From Phoronis australis (Eukaryota; Animalia; Phoronida), in contig NMRA01000360.1 in the NCBI GenBank assembly GCA_002633005.1, positions 397,049 through 461,048 of the forward strand: 64,000 bases of DNA, written 5' to 3'. The notes beneath the pieces are model-generated. The model was not told the origin of the DNA. It worked only from the letters and a program-made list of their open reading frames with translations, and searched no databases. Of this stretch, positions 26,801 to 37,689 are shown piece after piece (position 1 is the first letter of the stretch; each line of letters begins with the position of its first letter). A program made the position numbers and the translations under genes.

Positions 26801-29800
26801 CCTCAACTGATTTTCCTGAAATTTGGCACATAGGCATGTATTAATGAAGTGACGCTATCTTTCCATTTTCGGATGGATTCGAGGCATTTTGTGCCATCTA
26901 GTGGCCATTTTTACTATTTTCGAGTCTGTTTTTGGGCGTCTGCCCTTCTATCAACCAAACCACTCTATGAATGATTGTGAAAATTGGCATGTATGCTCTT
27001 ACTATGAAGAGGATGGTTGACGATGGTTTTCCGATGACTTCAACTACAGTGGCACCTCATAGTGGCAGTTTTGTTTGTTTTTGCGCCCATGGCTGTATGG
27101 CCTAAACGCTCTACGGGAGCTTTATTGAATTTAGCAAATGTATTTACTTGAAGTTGACAGCAGACGATGAAGACTTTCTGACAGATCGGACTACCGGTGT
27201 GCCCCCTAGTGGCAATTTTAGTTATTTACGTTTAATGCTGTATCTTCAAAAGTCCTCAACGGATTTCCATAAAACTTGGCAGATAGGCATCTATTAATGA
27301 GTTGATGTTAGCCATTCATTTTCAGATTGATTCAAGGTATTTTGCGCCACCTAGTGGCCATTTTTGTTGTTTCGAATCTGTCTGTCCCTCAGTTAACCAA
27401 ACCACTCCAAAGATGATTGTGAAAATTGGTTTGTATGTTCTTATTATGTGGAGGACAGTTGACGACTGACGGCTGTGGCGCCTCCTAGTAGCAGTTTCGT
27501 TTTTTGCACCTAAACCTGTATATCCTAAGCCTTCTGCTGGATCTTCATTAATTTTAACATGTTTATTTATATGAAGTTAACAACAGAAGACGACGACTTT
27601 CAGACGGATCCAACGAACATTGTGCCCCCAAGTGGCATTTTCATTTTTTCCCGTTTTCCTCTGTTTCTCTTGCAATTCCTTGACGAGTATTCATGAAATT
27701 TGTTAAATAGCTTTCTTTTAAAGAAACGATTACATTTTCCAGTTTTCAGACTGATTCAATGTTTTTTGCGACATTGTTACTATTTTCTAGTTGTTTTTGG
27801 CATCCGCCCTCTGTTGACCAAACCACTTTTAGGATGATTGTGAAAATTGGCGTATATGTTCTTAGTATGAAGAGGACAGTTGGCGATGATTTTCCGACTT
27901 CAATTACTGTGTCGCCTCCTAATGGCAGTTTTTTTTGCGCCTTTAGCTGTATCTCCTTAGCCCTCTGCAGGATCTTTATTAATTTTAGCAAGTGTATTTA
28001 TATGGAGTTGACAACGGAAGACGACAAATTTCAGATGGGTCCGATGAATGCTTTGCCCCCTAGTGGGAATTTCATTTTTCTGTTTTCCCCTGTTTCTCTA
28101 AAGTTCCTTTACAGATTTTCATGAAATGTGGTAAATAGCTTTCTGTTAAAAAACGGTGACGTTTTCCCATTTTTTGATGGATTCGAATTATTTTGCACCA
28201 TCTAGTGGCCATTTTTATGATACAGATAAATACCCCTAGAAGCACACCATTTTCAGTGCATTTGTGGGCGCATTTCAATGCTCAGGGTTGCTCTCGTAAA
28301 AAGTCAGTGCTTGTTTTGCATTTTCATGCTAATAGTAAATCTCCTTCTGCTTGCAGACCCCCTGCAATCACCAACTGGTCCTTCAGCCAGTGATCGGTTC
28401 AGCTCTCCCGCTGCAGGCTCAGCTAAGCGTCGCCTGTTCGGTCCACCCAGTAATCCAATCTCTACAGGGACACCTACAACGGGGGTGTCAACACAACCCA
28501 CTCAGTTAATCGCCTATCAGTCTGTACAGACCACAGATGGAAAACCGGTGAGTGTGACAGTGACTTGCTCTTCGACATATGGCTGGCGATCGTCCACATT
28601 TTTTAAAGAATGTAGCGTGGTTAAAATAGAATAATGTAATGCTGAGTGGCGCTGTCAAATCTGTTTATGAGTTATGATGGTGCTTAACATGTTGCATTCT
28701 AATTTTCCTGTTATGCGCCCACTTATTTTTATGTGGACGCATTATGCCGTCATCTCCACCCGTCCGTCTGGCATCCGCTGCTTTATCTCCAAAACCGATT
28801 CACGTATGTTCCTCAAATTTTGCACATGTGTTCCTTTCATATATGGGACGACATGAGCGAACTTTCGGATGGATCCGACTACCAGTGTGCCCCCTAGTGG
28901 CAATTTTAGTTTTTACATTTACCACTGTATCTTTAAAGGTCCTCAACATATTTTCACAAAATTTGGTATATAGGCGTCTATTATTAGTGAGGCAACGCTA
29001 TCCTCCCGTTTTAGGATGGATTCGACGTAGTTTGCGCCACCTAGTGGCCGTTGTTACTGTTTTCAAGAGTCCGTTTTTTAGCGTCCACCCCTCTATCACC
29101 CAAACCGCTCTAAGCATGATTGTGAAAATTGGCATGTATGTTCTTACTATGAAGAGGACGGTCGACGATGACAACTTCGACTACTGTGGCGCCTCATAGT
29201 GGTAGTTTTGTTTTGTGCCCATAGCTGTACCTCCTAAGCCCACTGCAGGATCTTTATTAAATTTAATTAGTAAGTGTCTTTATAAGAAGCTAACAACAGA
29301 CAATGATGACTTTCAGGCGGATCCAATGAACAGTGTGCCCCCTATTGGCAATTTCATTTTATTCTGTTTTACTTTGTGTCTCTGAAGTTCAGTGACAGAT
29401 TTTTATGAAATTAGGTGTATGGCTTTCTACTAAAGAAGCAATGACATTTTCCTATTTTCCTATCGATTGTACGTTTTTGCGCCATATAGTGGCCATAATT
29501 ATGAAACAAATATACAACCCTAAAAGCACACCATTTGCAATACATTCGTGAGCGCATTTCAACACACTGCATTGCTCTTGATATATTTCATGAACATACT
29601 AAATAAGGTTTATTTAGTTCACCGATGTGTATTCAGTTGAGTCAATATTTGTCCTAATGGCATTCCTCTCATAGTTTAAAACATGGGCAGCGATAAAATG
29701 CAGTTTCCTGGTGCAGTGAAAATGGTATTTTGTCTCTTTAAGCTGCTGTAAACGCTTGGTTTAGACCTCACAAGCTGGTCTCATCTTGTGCTTAGACCTC

Positions 29801-32800
29801 CTCACAAGCGGGTCTCATCTTGTGTTTAGACCTCCTCAGAAGCTGATCTCATCTTGTGCTTAGACCTCCTCACAAGCTGGTCTCATCTTGTGCTTAGACC
29901 TCCTCACAAGCGGGTCTCGTGCTTTACTTAGATGAGAAGTTGTTCTCAGCTTGGACAGACCCGATAGTTCACTGCTGCTTGAGACTGTACTCAGTGAATA
30001 AAGTGATCGGCCGTTGCAAGCCTGGTCTAAGCTGGTGAATTTTTTTGGTCTAAACTCTTTCTAAGCCACAAACCATGGGAGTGATTAGCAAGATAACACC
30101 AGTTCTTCACAAATCAGTGTTTTCCCTACGTGTTAAAACATGGTGCCTCACCGTATTTTAATTTGAAATGTTTTCCACTGAGTGTTGAAATCTTCAGCTG
30201 CGTTTGAGGACTCTAAGCCATGTTTTAAAAGTCCTGAACTATCTTTGAAAAGCCAGAGTTGCAAGACAAATGATTGAAACAGTGCTGAATGGTGATTTTT
30301 ATTTTCATTATCTTGCAGTCAAAAGGATAGTGACAGGCCCAGCAAGTGAAAATAATGTCTAATTCTCGCTGTTTCTGAATTATTTAACAGAAGCGAAATA
30401 AGGTTGTAGAATTTGCACCATGTTTGAATTCTTGCTCAGGGAGAATCCTGCAAATTTTAGTGGTCTAAACCAGAACCTAGATTTTCAGCATCTTTATTTC
30501 TTCATTTGTATGGCTATTATTTTTAAGACGGATTATTCCATGCTCGGTCCTCATGTGTGTTCTATCATATGGCAGGTATTGATTCCCGTCACATTAATCC
30601 CCGCCCAGTCACCGCAGGGGTCCTCAAACCCTGGCTCTGGTGGAGGTACGCCTGTCAAGGGGAAGAAGAAAACAGGCTCTCTGGCACTATTCTTCAGAAA
30701 GGTAAAAGTGAGATGGAGTTAAGAAGTTCGAGTTTGTTTTCTAAGGCCGGTTAATTCAGTTTGTAGTCCAGGGCCGGGTCATAAAGTTAGTAGTCTAGGG
30801 CAGAGTTATACAGTTTGGTGTCTGAAGCCAAGGTTGGATGAAGATAGCTCTGTAACAATTCACAATGCAGTCCGATTGGTATAGAATTGTACGGCACACT
30901 TGGTTGTAGTTCTGATCAGGAAATTGGAAATTAGGGTAGACAGAAGATGTTTATTCCTCTGGAAGGTTGATGTGATTTTTATGAAGAGATTTTCATGTGA
31001 TTATTTTAACCCTCGCAATTAGTCAAAGAACACCTTGTGAGTGTTCTCTTGGCACGCTTATGCCGGTTCGTCTAAAAGGAGAAATGAAATTGTTTCTACT
31101 CTGAATCTGAAATGCAGAATTCCTTGTGGTTGGCGCTTGAAAGTTTTCTCCATGTTACGAGTCCCCAGCTGGACATGTACATTTTGGTTTTGGTACACTT
31201 GAGTCAGTTCCTTTTCCATCGACTAGGTGTACCACCTGGCAAGCGTGCGCATGAAGGATCTCTGCGACCGGCTCGGAATAGGCAGAGATCTGCGCCAGAA
31301 AGTGTGGACGTGTTTTGAGAACGTTATGGTGCACCACTCTGATTTACTCAAGGACAGGCACCTTGACCAATTTATCATGTGTTCCATTTACATGATGTCC
31401 AAGGTGAGTTGATGTTGGTATTAAGGTTGCTTTTAAAGTCTTACACAGTGCATGTAAGTCGCAAACTTGTGGCTGTGAAACTTCCTGCTGTGGAATTCAA
31501 AGAACTCTATTCGGTCTATAACCAATACCCAGCTCCTAAACAGATCTGAAGGTCCACCAAAGGGCTTTTCACCACGTGGTGAAATGGATGTAAACCAAGA
31601 GAATGGGAGGAAAATTTTTGTTCAGTGTTTTAGCACTAACCAAATCAAATTCCCTTGGCACATTTAGAAAACTGCAAACAGTCTTACCAGTGAAATTTCA
31701 CCTCTACTTTTCTCTAACAACGATGAATCAAATCGTCTGCCGTCTTTTAATCTTAGTTTTTTACCTAATAACGTCATGTATTGACCCGATTGCCAGCCAA
31801 TCAGCCAAGTGAATGCTTCAGTTCATGAGTTCACAAAAAATGCGAGAGTGGGAGAGTGACTAGCAAATGGTAAAACAGTTGAATCTTCAAGTGAATACGT
31901 TCTGTCGAAGGGCTTGATTTCTGTGCAATTATTTTTGCAGTATTATTTCAGCAAATAAATGTGTTCATGCAATCTCAATTTCGACGCGTGCGGGTTAATG
32001 TTTGACGTGCAATTCGAGTGATTTGTATGGCACTTGATTCTACACTCTTTCACTGTGTGGACTTCCAACCCTGTTTACTGACTGTTTGGTCCATGGCTTT
32101 AGCATGTGTATTAAAAAACAAAATAAAGCGTTCCGCCACAAAACTTGAACCAAAACCATAGTTTTCAAAGATGGAAGTTTATAATATTGGTTTTCTCTCG
32201 CCCTATTGATCGCTGCTCCGAGATAGGTCGCTTGTTTGAGAAAGTACCAATACTTTCCAATATTGTGTCCTGGTCATTATAGTTAACCCTGAAAAACAAT
32301 AGTCTAATACTGAGTCAAGTGCATTGTTTAGGGTCGTTTGCGTGAGGGAGAACAGTCATTTTTGGCTTAGTGATATTGGTGTCGAGTCGTCACTTTTCTA
32401 ACCTGTACTGAACACATCACTGCCTTGAATTTGGTGCCATCGCACAGATATTACACATCCTAGGTGAGTCTGTTAGGTTTCGAACACTTCGGTTTCAGTC
32501 TTTAACTAATCAGTCTTAAAATCTTAGTCTTAAAATGGGTGTTGGACTGTTTGAATATTGTTGAACATTTATATTAAAAGGTGACTGAATCCGGCCAGTC
32601 CTTCCAAGAGATCATGAAGATGTACAGGTTGCAGCCCCAAGCAAATAGCCATGTAAGCTATATTAGACAACTGTTCACAATTGTTTGTTCATAAGTTTGA
32701 ATAGAGAAATAGTGTTTGGAATTTACTATCATTTGAAACGGTCATCAATCAAGTCGAATAATGTTCTCAACTTTTTTTTGTTCCTTAAAGCTATGTCTAA

Positions 32801-35800
32801 ATAGGGACAAGGTATACAGCAATTTATGAAGACAAAAGTAATTGTACAAGCCATAACTAATCATACAAGATACCGTTTCCCTGTCACAATTGGTCCTTCT
32901 AGCTTGTTTGATGCGAGTATTAAGGAACATGTTATGATGATATGCACATTATTTTTCATTGATGGCACGTTTTGAATCGCTTTAAAACTGATTGAACAAT
33001 GTTTTTGTTGATCTGTCTTACTTGTGTAACATTGGTTTGACACTGTAAAAATAATTATGAAAACCAGAAAACACCATCTACACGTCACTTTTGCTCAACC
33101 TCAAATAATGAATTTTTACGAGCGTCAAATTTAGAAAGCACAATAAAAATATTCTGCCAAACTGCTTGAAGGATTGTTATGAAAATTGGAAGAGGTGTTC
33201 TTACTGAGAAGAGAATGGCTAATGTTGATTTTCGTACGAGTCCAACTACTGACATTTTTTTGCCTGTGGCTCAATATCTACCAGGACACTTGATGTATCT
33301 TAATAAAAATGGGGGCTGCCCTCATTTGCACATGGCAGCGTATATCTGCATTGCCCTTGTTTTCTCTGAACAGTGAGGCTGAGATTTCAAAATGAGTCAA
33401 TTACAGACCAGAAACAATTGCGCTATTTTGTTTGGCCTTACGGGCAGCAGTTTTCACCACAATGTAGACCTGGGGTCTGTTTCATGAAAAAGGACTTATG
33501 GTTTAATTACAAATTAGGTGGTATGCTCCATATATTTCTGAAAAATATAAAAAAATCTCACCTGAGCAAAAGTGCAAGGTCTCTTAGAACATATACACGA
33601 CTGCAAGTTTCTGAGAACAAATCTCTATTAGTTATTTCTAGACTGTGATGAACTCGTAGTTACTTAGCTAAACCTTTATTTAGCAGTTGTAAAGTGAAAG
33701 TGAAAGAACAAATTTCTCTCTTAAATCTTAAGTCGCCCTCCATGAAACAGACCCTTTACCTTATTCTTAGCAATATATGGTAATAGTCATTTTTAATTTG
33801 GGTCATGCCATCTCCTACAGGTGTATAGAAGTGTACTGCTGGCACATCGCCATCGACGGACTTCAGGGGGCAGTAGTGATAGCGGAGGTCGTAACGGTGC
33901 CAGTCGGTCATCATCGCCCACAGATGCGGATGAAAAAGAGAAAAGTGAGTGTTGGTGTTCTTTTGTTGTATTCCTAGTTATTTTGTTTTTTACACCAAAG
34001 CCATGATAGACAGGTGCATTCAGTATTTTGATTTAATGTTCCTCGCTGTAATGCTATTGAACGTATTTACACAATGTTTCTGTTTCAGAGAGGGCTGAAC
34101 GCCTGAGCTCCATCCGATCCACTAGTACTTTACCGGTGCCCCAGCCCAACAGCCAGCCCCCCACCCCCACCAGGATGCTTGGTGTCGCTGCCACCTTTGA
34201 ATCAGAAGACCGCGGCGATGTGATCAAATTCTACAACTCTGTACGTCATCATGTTATGTTTTCAAGCTTTGTGATATAATCTGTCAGAATTAGTGCTGTT
34301 TCAATTACCATCTTAGAGATTGTTGTTGGATAGGATGGTGTTTTTGAAGTCATCAGTTTTGACAGGATGTGCAAAATGATAAAATCCATTGTTTTTGTGA
34401 TTTTCTTACAGATAGTTAATTATCACCATTGTCTGCCACACATTCACCGAGACCAGCAACTTTACCTGTCAAATATAATTAAATTACTCTGTCTTTTATT
34501 AATTGAGATTTTGCTCAGCCAGCAGAGCATTTGAGAGTTTGTATCCTGGCAGGGACTGTTCTCAGAAAATCACTTTCTTTGCCAACATCACTTGAAACTG
34601 CCGTTTCCTTCTTTTCTGATATATCTCATCCTGGACGTTACATCACTATTACATCAGTATTACATCACACAGAGGATCGAAACACTTGCAATCCTGTGAT
34701 TTGTTTCTTCAAAGCATTAGTGTACCAGATCATTTGATGTTTATGTAATGAAAACTCACCAAAGAAGTTTGTTGTATTGTATCTTATGCATTGCAGGTTT
34801 TTGTCAAGAAACTTAAGGAATTCGCCCTCAAGTTCAGTAGTAATCAACAGGTAATACTTTCAGTGTTATAGTGATTTGAAAATCTGAGTTACCCTATTTT
34901 GCGCTTGTTTCTGAAAGAGCGATTTTCCAAAAGTTTCTTTGCCAAAATGTTTCGCATACAGGCACAAGCAGTCAGTTACTGGTTGTAGATGTTCATGTGT
35001 TGAACTGGGGATTTTGTGTGTCTTGTCCATATTTAGTAGTCTTGTAGTTGGTTATTCTTAAATTCAGTACACGTCTACCTCAACCTTTTTGTGATGAATG
35101 AGTCAAGATCCACACGCGTGCTATTTTAAAACTTTTTCCTTGGTTTTACTGGTGTGATTTGCATATAGAAATGCGTGGCTAATTCCAGTAATGTGGGAAA
35201 ACTAAGTGATCCCAAGAAAGGTGGTTTTGACAGTCAGTGAGGTGGGTTGGGAGTCGACTCGAAGGTCAAAATCTTTACTCTAGCTAATGTTTATATGTAA
35301 AAGTTAACCTGCTTGGCAGATATTGTGTGTTGTGTCAAAAAAGCCTTATTATAATTCTGCATCCTGTGATGATACCCGGTCTTCGTTCATAGTGCCCCGC
35401 GTTATCGCCCATGCCGGAGCAGCGGCTGCACAGCACATCGCCCCGCCGGCAGGTGTCCAAGAACCACGAAGTATACATCTCTCCCATCAAGGGTATCTCG
35501 GCCACGCCCCTCAGCCCTGCCAGTCGACTACTCTATTGCTTCAATAGGAGCCCCTCTAAGGTAAGGTTTACTTGTCGTGAGGAACATTCAGTGATAGTAA
35601 GGATGTACTGAGCAACCTCTGGTTGAATTTTCTGTCTGTCAGCCTATTTATTTTCTTGCTCACCTCTTAAATTTGTGTTAGGAAGTTGCTAAAAAGTGCG
35701 TCTGGCACCTTTAAACGCGAAGGCAACGTTTTTTCAAGTCTTTTTTAGCAAAAATAAGGTTCGTTGGTTATCCCAGACACATTTTCCACTTAATTACAGC

Positions 35801-37329
35801 TTTTTGTAATTTAATTAATTATTCGTTGTCTACTCCAGAAGTGACATTTTGGGAGGCAAAAATTTCCCGCCTATTTCTTTTTGTATAGTCTGACTGTGAG
35901 AGCTGCCGAGTCAGTTATTGTATCTCGGTTTTGATTAGTTCGGTCATTGTGTGATTTTGTTTACAAGTCAGTCAACATGCCACACTGTTGCTGCGTACCG
36001 GGATGTACTCATTATCATCTCATGGACAGAGGAACAACTGTCCCACTTGCCCGAATGTCCGCGACACACTCCTACTGATAGTGACCTGAGCAAACAAACT
36101 GTTTACACCCCGCCGTGTGACTCCCTTGCCACACACCTGGCACCTTCTAAATAGCTCCAATACTTTAGACAAGTCCACAAAATTTTGCTCACCGATCTGT
36201 TCATTGAACGACGAACTGTCATCGTCATTTGGTTTTGAACGGGGCCTGTATTCACTCCCACTACTCAACATCGCAGCAGGGCTGCTTTACAGGCTTTGGG
36301 CCATAATGAGTACATCCCAGTACGCAGCAACAGTGTGGCATGTTGACTGACTCTTAAGCAAAAACAAACGACGACTGAACTAATGACAACCGAGGTAGAT
36401 GAATGACTGACTCGACAATGCTCATATAGTCAGATTATGGGAAAAGAAATTGGCGCAAAATCCTTGCCTCCCAAAACGTCACTTCCGGAGTAGATAACGA
36501 ATAATTAATCAAATTACGAAAAGCTGTAATTAAGTGGAAAATATGTATGGGATAATCATCGAACCTTATTTTTGCTAAAAATGACATGAAAAAAGGTTGC
36601 CTTCGCCTTTAAGAGGTAATCACTTTGCTTTCTGCAAACTGCAAGGTGAAAGACCATTTCCTTTGAACTTGTCTAGCATGTGTGAATTTAAAAAAATATG
36701 TTTTGTGTTAGGCTGATAGTGAAGGAAATGCAGTTGCTATAAATTCTCGTATTTGTTTGGGCATGTATAAAGGTGAATGCAATTGGCCGTCTTAATTTTG
36801 ACATCGTTGCATCAAAATGTCGTAGTTTGTTGTGGTCAGTGCCAACACATTGTGAAAAAGCAACTCGATGTTTAAAAACCGTCCACCTGTGTCATTTTTA
36901 GCGACGTTCTTTTTTCAAAAGCTACAAAAATGTACATTTAAGCTGTTTTTGTAACGAATTGGCTTGGCGACTCACCAACAATCATTTATTTCATAGTCTT
37001 TATTTGACTTGAGGCAGACACTGCCAGTCTGTTGCTAAAATCCCATTGTATAGTCGTGTACTAGCTACATAACTGTGGTTGATGAAATATGGTGTGTTTG
37101 TAACTTGTAATACAATACACTATGTTATGCATTACTGCAGGAGTTACGTGCAATCAACAAAATGATCAAGATGGGTGAAAGAAAACTGGTCGGCAAGCGC
37201 CTTCTACAGGAAGATGAGACAGACGGTGGTGCCGCTAAGAAGCCACGGCTGGAAAGCAGCGATTCCATTCTTATTAGAAAGCTGCAGACAGTGAACAATG
37301 ACCGGCAAGAGGCGAATGGGGGCCACTGA
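5688..37329 (+). CDS. RBL1: Retinoblastoma-like pocket protein (p107/p130 type), 23 coding exons, 3156 nt, about 1051 aa
   Basis: Exons 5688-5825, 5967-6100, 7705-7905, 9244-9308, 11081-11206, 15038-15198, 20683-20750, 21348-21531, 21992-22161, 23535-23766, 24161-24243, 25137-25257, 25833-25931, 26355-26475, 28357-28547, 30576-30701, 31227-31403, 32581-32652, 33821-33944, 34089-34240, 34797-34850, 35393-35560 and 37141-37329 are all GT-AG and phase-compatible. Motifs: [55 protein letters not shown], pocket A (FHKSLLACCLEIV, FPW, FYKVIE), spacer SAKRRLF, pocket B (GSLALFFRKVYHLA, DRHLDQFIMC, YRLQPQA), C-terminal VYISP. Co-ortholog of RBL1/RBL2. Confidence 0.93.
5967..6100 (+). CDS. RBL1: RBL exon 2
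   Basis: [17 protein letters not shown]...[15 protein letters not shown]|gtgagt. Confidence 0.92.
7059..7150. mobile_element. Small foldback/MITE remnant
   Basis: gggtccctgatt...aatcagggaccc termini plus inner aaccagttact/agtaactggtt arms. Confidence 0.6.
7705..7905 (+). CDS. RBL1: RBL exon 3
   Basis: LIQFFNKMKKW...LERNFAVSTVIFKKF...RSRKQR. Confidence 0.92.
9244..9308 (+). CDS. RBL1: RBL exon 4
   Basis: RLPCTVTDVFNFCWTMFVQVK. Confidence 0.9.
9795..10980. mobile_element. Non-autonomous TIR element (Tc1/mariner-like ends) with subterminal gggggtgggcgattaccc repeats
   Basis: ctgtaaactcgcgagttaacgccc at left and gggcgttaaaccgcaagtttatgg(ta) at right are imperfect inverted repeats. Confidence 0.5.
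9863..10016. mobile_element. GC-rich MITE (hAT-like ends CAGTGGCGGAT...ATCCGCCCCTG) nested in the element above
   Basis: TIRs; same family as 50725-50888 (shared aaaatcctggctaatactctgccctg); flanks attac/attgc. Confidence 0.7.
11081..11206 (+). CDS. RBL1: RBL exon 5
   Basis: [22 protein letters not shown]...DLLNPAFS. Confidence 0.92.
11329..14133. repeat. About 1.4-kb tandem duplication (11329-12754 and 12756-14133) joined by a single N; probably uncollapsed haplotypes
   Basis: Copies align end to end; N at 12755 lies exactly at the junction. Confidence 0.85.
15038..15198 (+). CDS. RBL1: RBL exon 6
   Basis: LPTTF...LCTKHDGIVLEAKGIKEHWWKPHIKKLFEKK. Confidence 0.92.
17178..18183. repeat. About 100-bp tandem repeat array interrupted by a MITE
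   Basis: Unit gtgtctagtatctggaggattgagtgcaacctg...ttttataagtgatgtttga starts at about 17178, 17279, 17378 and 18099. Confidence 0.75.
17406..18049. mobile_element. Foldback MITE with long imperfect TIRs
   Basis: attgtttacaatccgactccattaacgtacatact... / ...agtatgtacgttaatggagtcggattgtaaacaat; similarity extends more than 200 bp inward. Confidence 0.8.
19950..20087. repeat. Dispersed repeat fragment with an inverted copy at about 45300-45432
   Basis: Shared atgacataatttcca and attttccg..tacgcccatgggc.tat...ggaaattc.agg blocks. Confidence 0.55.
20169..20654. mobile_element. hAT-like MITE with 6-bp TSD (CTTAAC)
   Basis: TIR cagggcttggaat / attccaagcccag; ttccgcg subterminal repeats; cttaac at 20163-20168 and 20655-20660. 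Confidence 0.8.
20683..20750 (+). CDS. RBL1: RBL exon 7
   Basis: VLKGGKVENLSGVLELNNFEVN; ttacag acceptor, gtaaga donor. Confidence 0.85.
21348..21531 (+). CDS. RBL1: RBL exon 8
   Basis: [34 protein letters not shown]. Confidence 0.92.
21992..22161 (+). CDS. RBL1: RBL exon 9
   Basis: STPLTGRRYL...[17 protein letters not shown]...PSDNLMEIF. Confidence 0.9.
23535..23766 (+). CDS. RBL1: RBL exon 10 (pocket A)
   Basis: CSRNP...FARQRLQLGESLYYKTLENILMSEKKRL...DLS. Confidence 0.9.
24161..24243 (+). CDS. RBL1: RBL exon 11 (pocket A)
   Basis: NLLEHDVFHKSLLACCLEIVIFSYNSQ. Confidence 0.92.
25137..25257 (+). CDS. RBL1: RBL exon 12 (pocket A)
   Basis: IFPWIVEVFELAPYHFYKVIELLIRSE...VVKHLNC. Confidence 0.92.
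25833..25931 (+). CDS. RBL1: RBL exon 13
   Basis: IEESILDSLAWKSDSPLW...PPYEE. Confidence 0.92.
25967..26293. repeat. 163-bp tandem duplication (2 near-identical copies)
   Basis: tttaggggaagtagg at 25971 and 26134. Confidence 0.85.
26355..26475 (+). CDS. RBL1: RBL exon 14 (spacer)
   Basis: VSLPDSNTNGSNPLQSPVLRHP...; phase-compatible with neighbours. Confidence 0.85.
26566..28297 (+). mobile_element. Helentron/DINE-like non-autonomous element with an internal satellite of about 145 bp
   Basis: T-rich start; 5' hairpin atgcgcccac...gtgggtacat; degenerate CCGT/CTGT microsatellite; tandem subunits; 3' subterminal gtgggcgcat followed by a short stem-loop. Confidence 0.65.
28357..28547 (+). CDS. 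RBL1: RBL exon 15 (spacer with cyclin-binding RxL motif)
   Basis: DRFSSPAAGSAKRRLFG. Confidence 0.9.
28711..29580 (+). mobile_element. Second, shorter copy of the same Helentron-like family
   Basis: ttatgcgcccac...gtggacgcat...cccgtccgtctg; ends gtgagcgcatttcaacacactgcattgctcttg. Confidence 0.65.
29761..29918. repeat. 34-bp minisatellite, about 5 copies
   Basis: ttagacctcctcacaagctggtctcatcttgtgc. Confidence 0.85.
30576..30701 (+). CDS. RBL1: RBL exon 16
   Basis: VLIPVT...KKTGSLALFFRK. Confidence 0.88.
31227..31403 (+). CDS. RBL1: RBL exon 17 (pocket B)
   Basis: VYHLASVRMKDLCDRL...KVWTCFE...DRHLDQFIMCSIYMMSK. Confidence 0.93.
32581..32652 (+). CDS. RBL1: RBL exon 18 (pocket B)
   Basis: VTESGQSFQEIMKMYRLQPQANSH; weak aag acceptor. 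Confidence 0.88.
33472..33754. mobile_element. MITE (PIF/Harbinger-like ends)
   Basis: gggtctgtttcatg / catgaaacagaccc TIRs. Confidence 0.7.
33821..33944 (+). CDS. RBL1: RBL exon 19
   Basis: VYRSVLL... Confidence 0.88.
34089..34240 (+). CDS. RBL1: RBL exon 20
   Basis: RSTSTLPVPQPNSQPPTPTRM...DRGDVIKFYNS. Confidence 0.9.
34797..34850 (+). CDS. RBL1: RBL exon 21
   Basis: VFVKKLKEFALKFSSNQQ. Confidence 0.87.
35393..35560 (+). CDS. RBL1: RBL exon 22 (Rb-C)
   Basis: CPALSPMP...SPRRQVSKNHEVYISP...LLYCFNRSPSK. Confidence 0.9.
35715..36608. mobile_element. Kolobok-like non-autonomous element (TTAA TSD, TIRs of about 300 bp) in RBL intron 22
   Basis: ttaa|acgcgaaggcaac...gttgccttcgcct|ttaa; same family as 48825-50150; internal remnant VLELFRRCQVCG on the - strand. 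Confidence 0.8.
37141..37329 (+). CDS. RBL1: RBL exon 23 (terminal)
   Basis: ELRAINKMIKMGE...KRLLQEDETDGGAAKKPR (bipartite NLS-like)...GH-TGA. Confidence 0.9.
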   Translation, partial: ELRAINKMIKMGERKLVGKRLLQEDETDGGAAKKPRLESSDSILIRKLQTVNNDRQEANGGH

Positions 37330-37689
37330 TTTGTTGATGGGGTTGTTGCTGTTGGGTGTTGAGTGTTCCAAGTCTAAACTATTTGCCGTCCAGTTAACTC
37401 TGTATGGATCTAACGCAGTTTTCTCCACCTGGTGTCTGTTTTTGTGTGGTCAATCTCTAGACTTATTCAGTTGTCTCTCTTTACTTGATAGTTATCAATG
37501 CGTTTGGTTGAATTTGTGTCAATTTGTGATGGCTGTACGACTAGGCTTTTGTTACAAATAGGCAGGCAATCACTCATCCTCCTAGTCGCTGTGCACGCCT
37601 TGAATTTCCCTGTGCTCAGGACCGCCAAACCTTAATTGAGACTCGACCTGAAACTCTCCACTAAATAATTTCAAACGGTTGGTAGAATA

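Noticed and set aside
27759-29199. Hydrophobic ORFs sharing MIVKIGxYVLxMKRTV
   Set aside because: Translations of the Helentron-like satellite unit.
5688-37329. Minor-class (U12) or non-canonical introns in RBL
   Set aside because: All 22 introns are GT-AG and none has the RTATCCTT donor.
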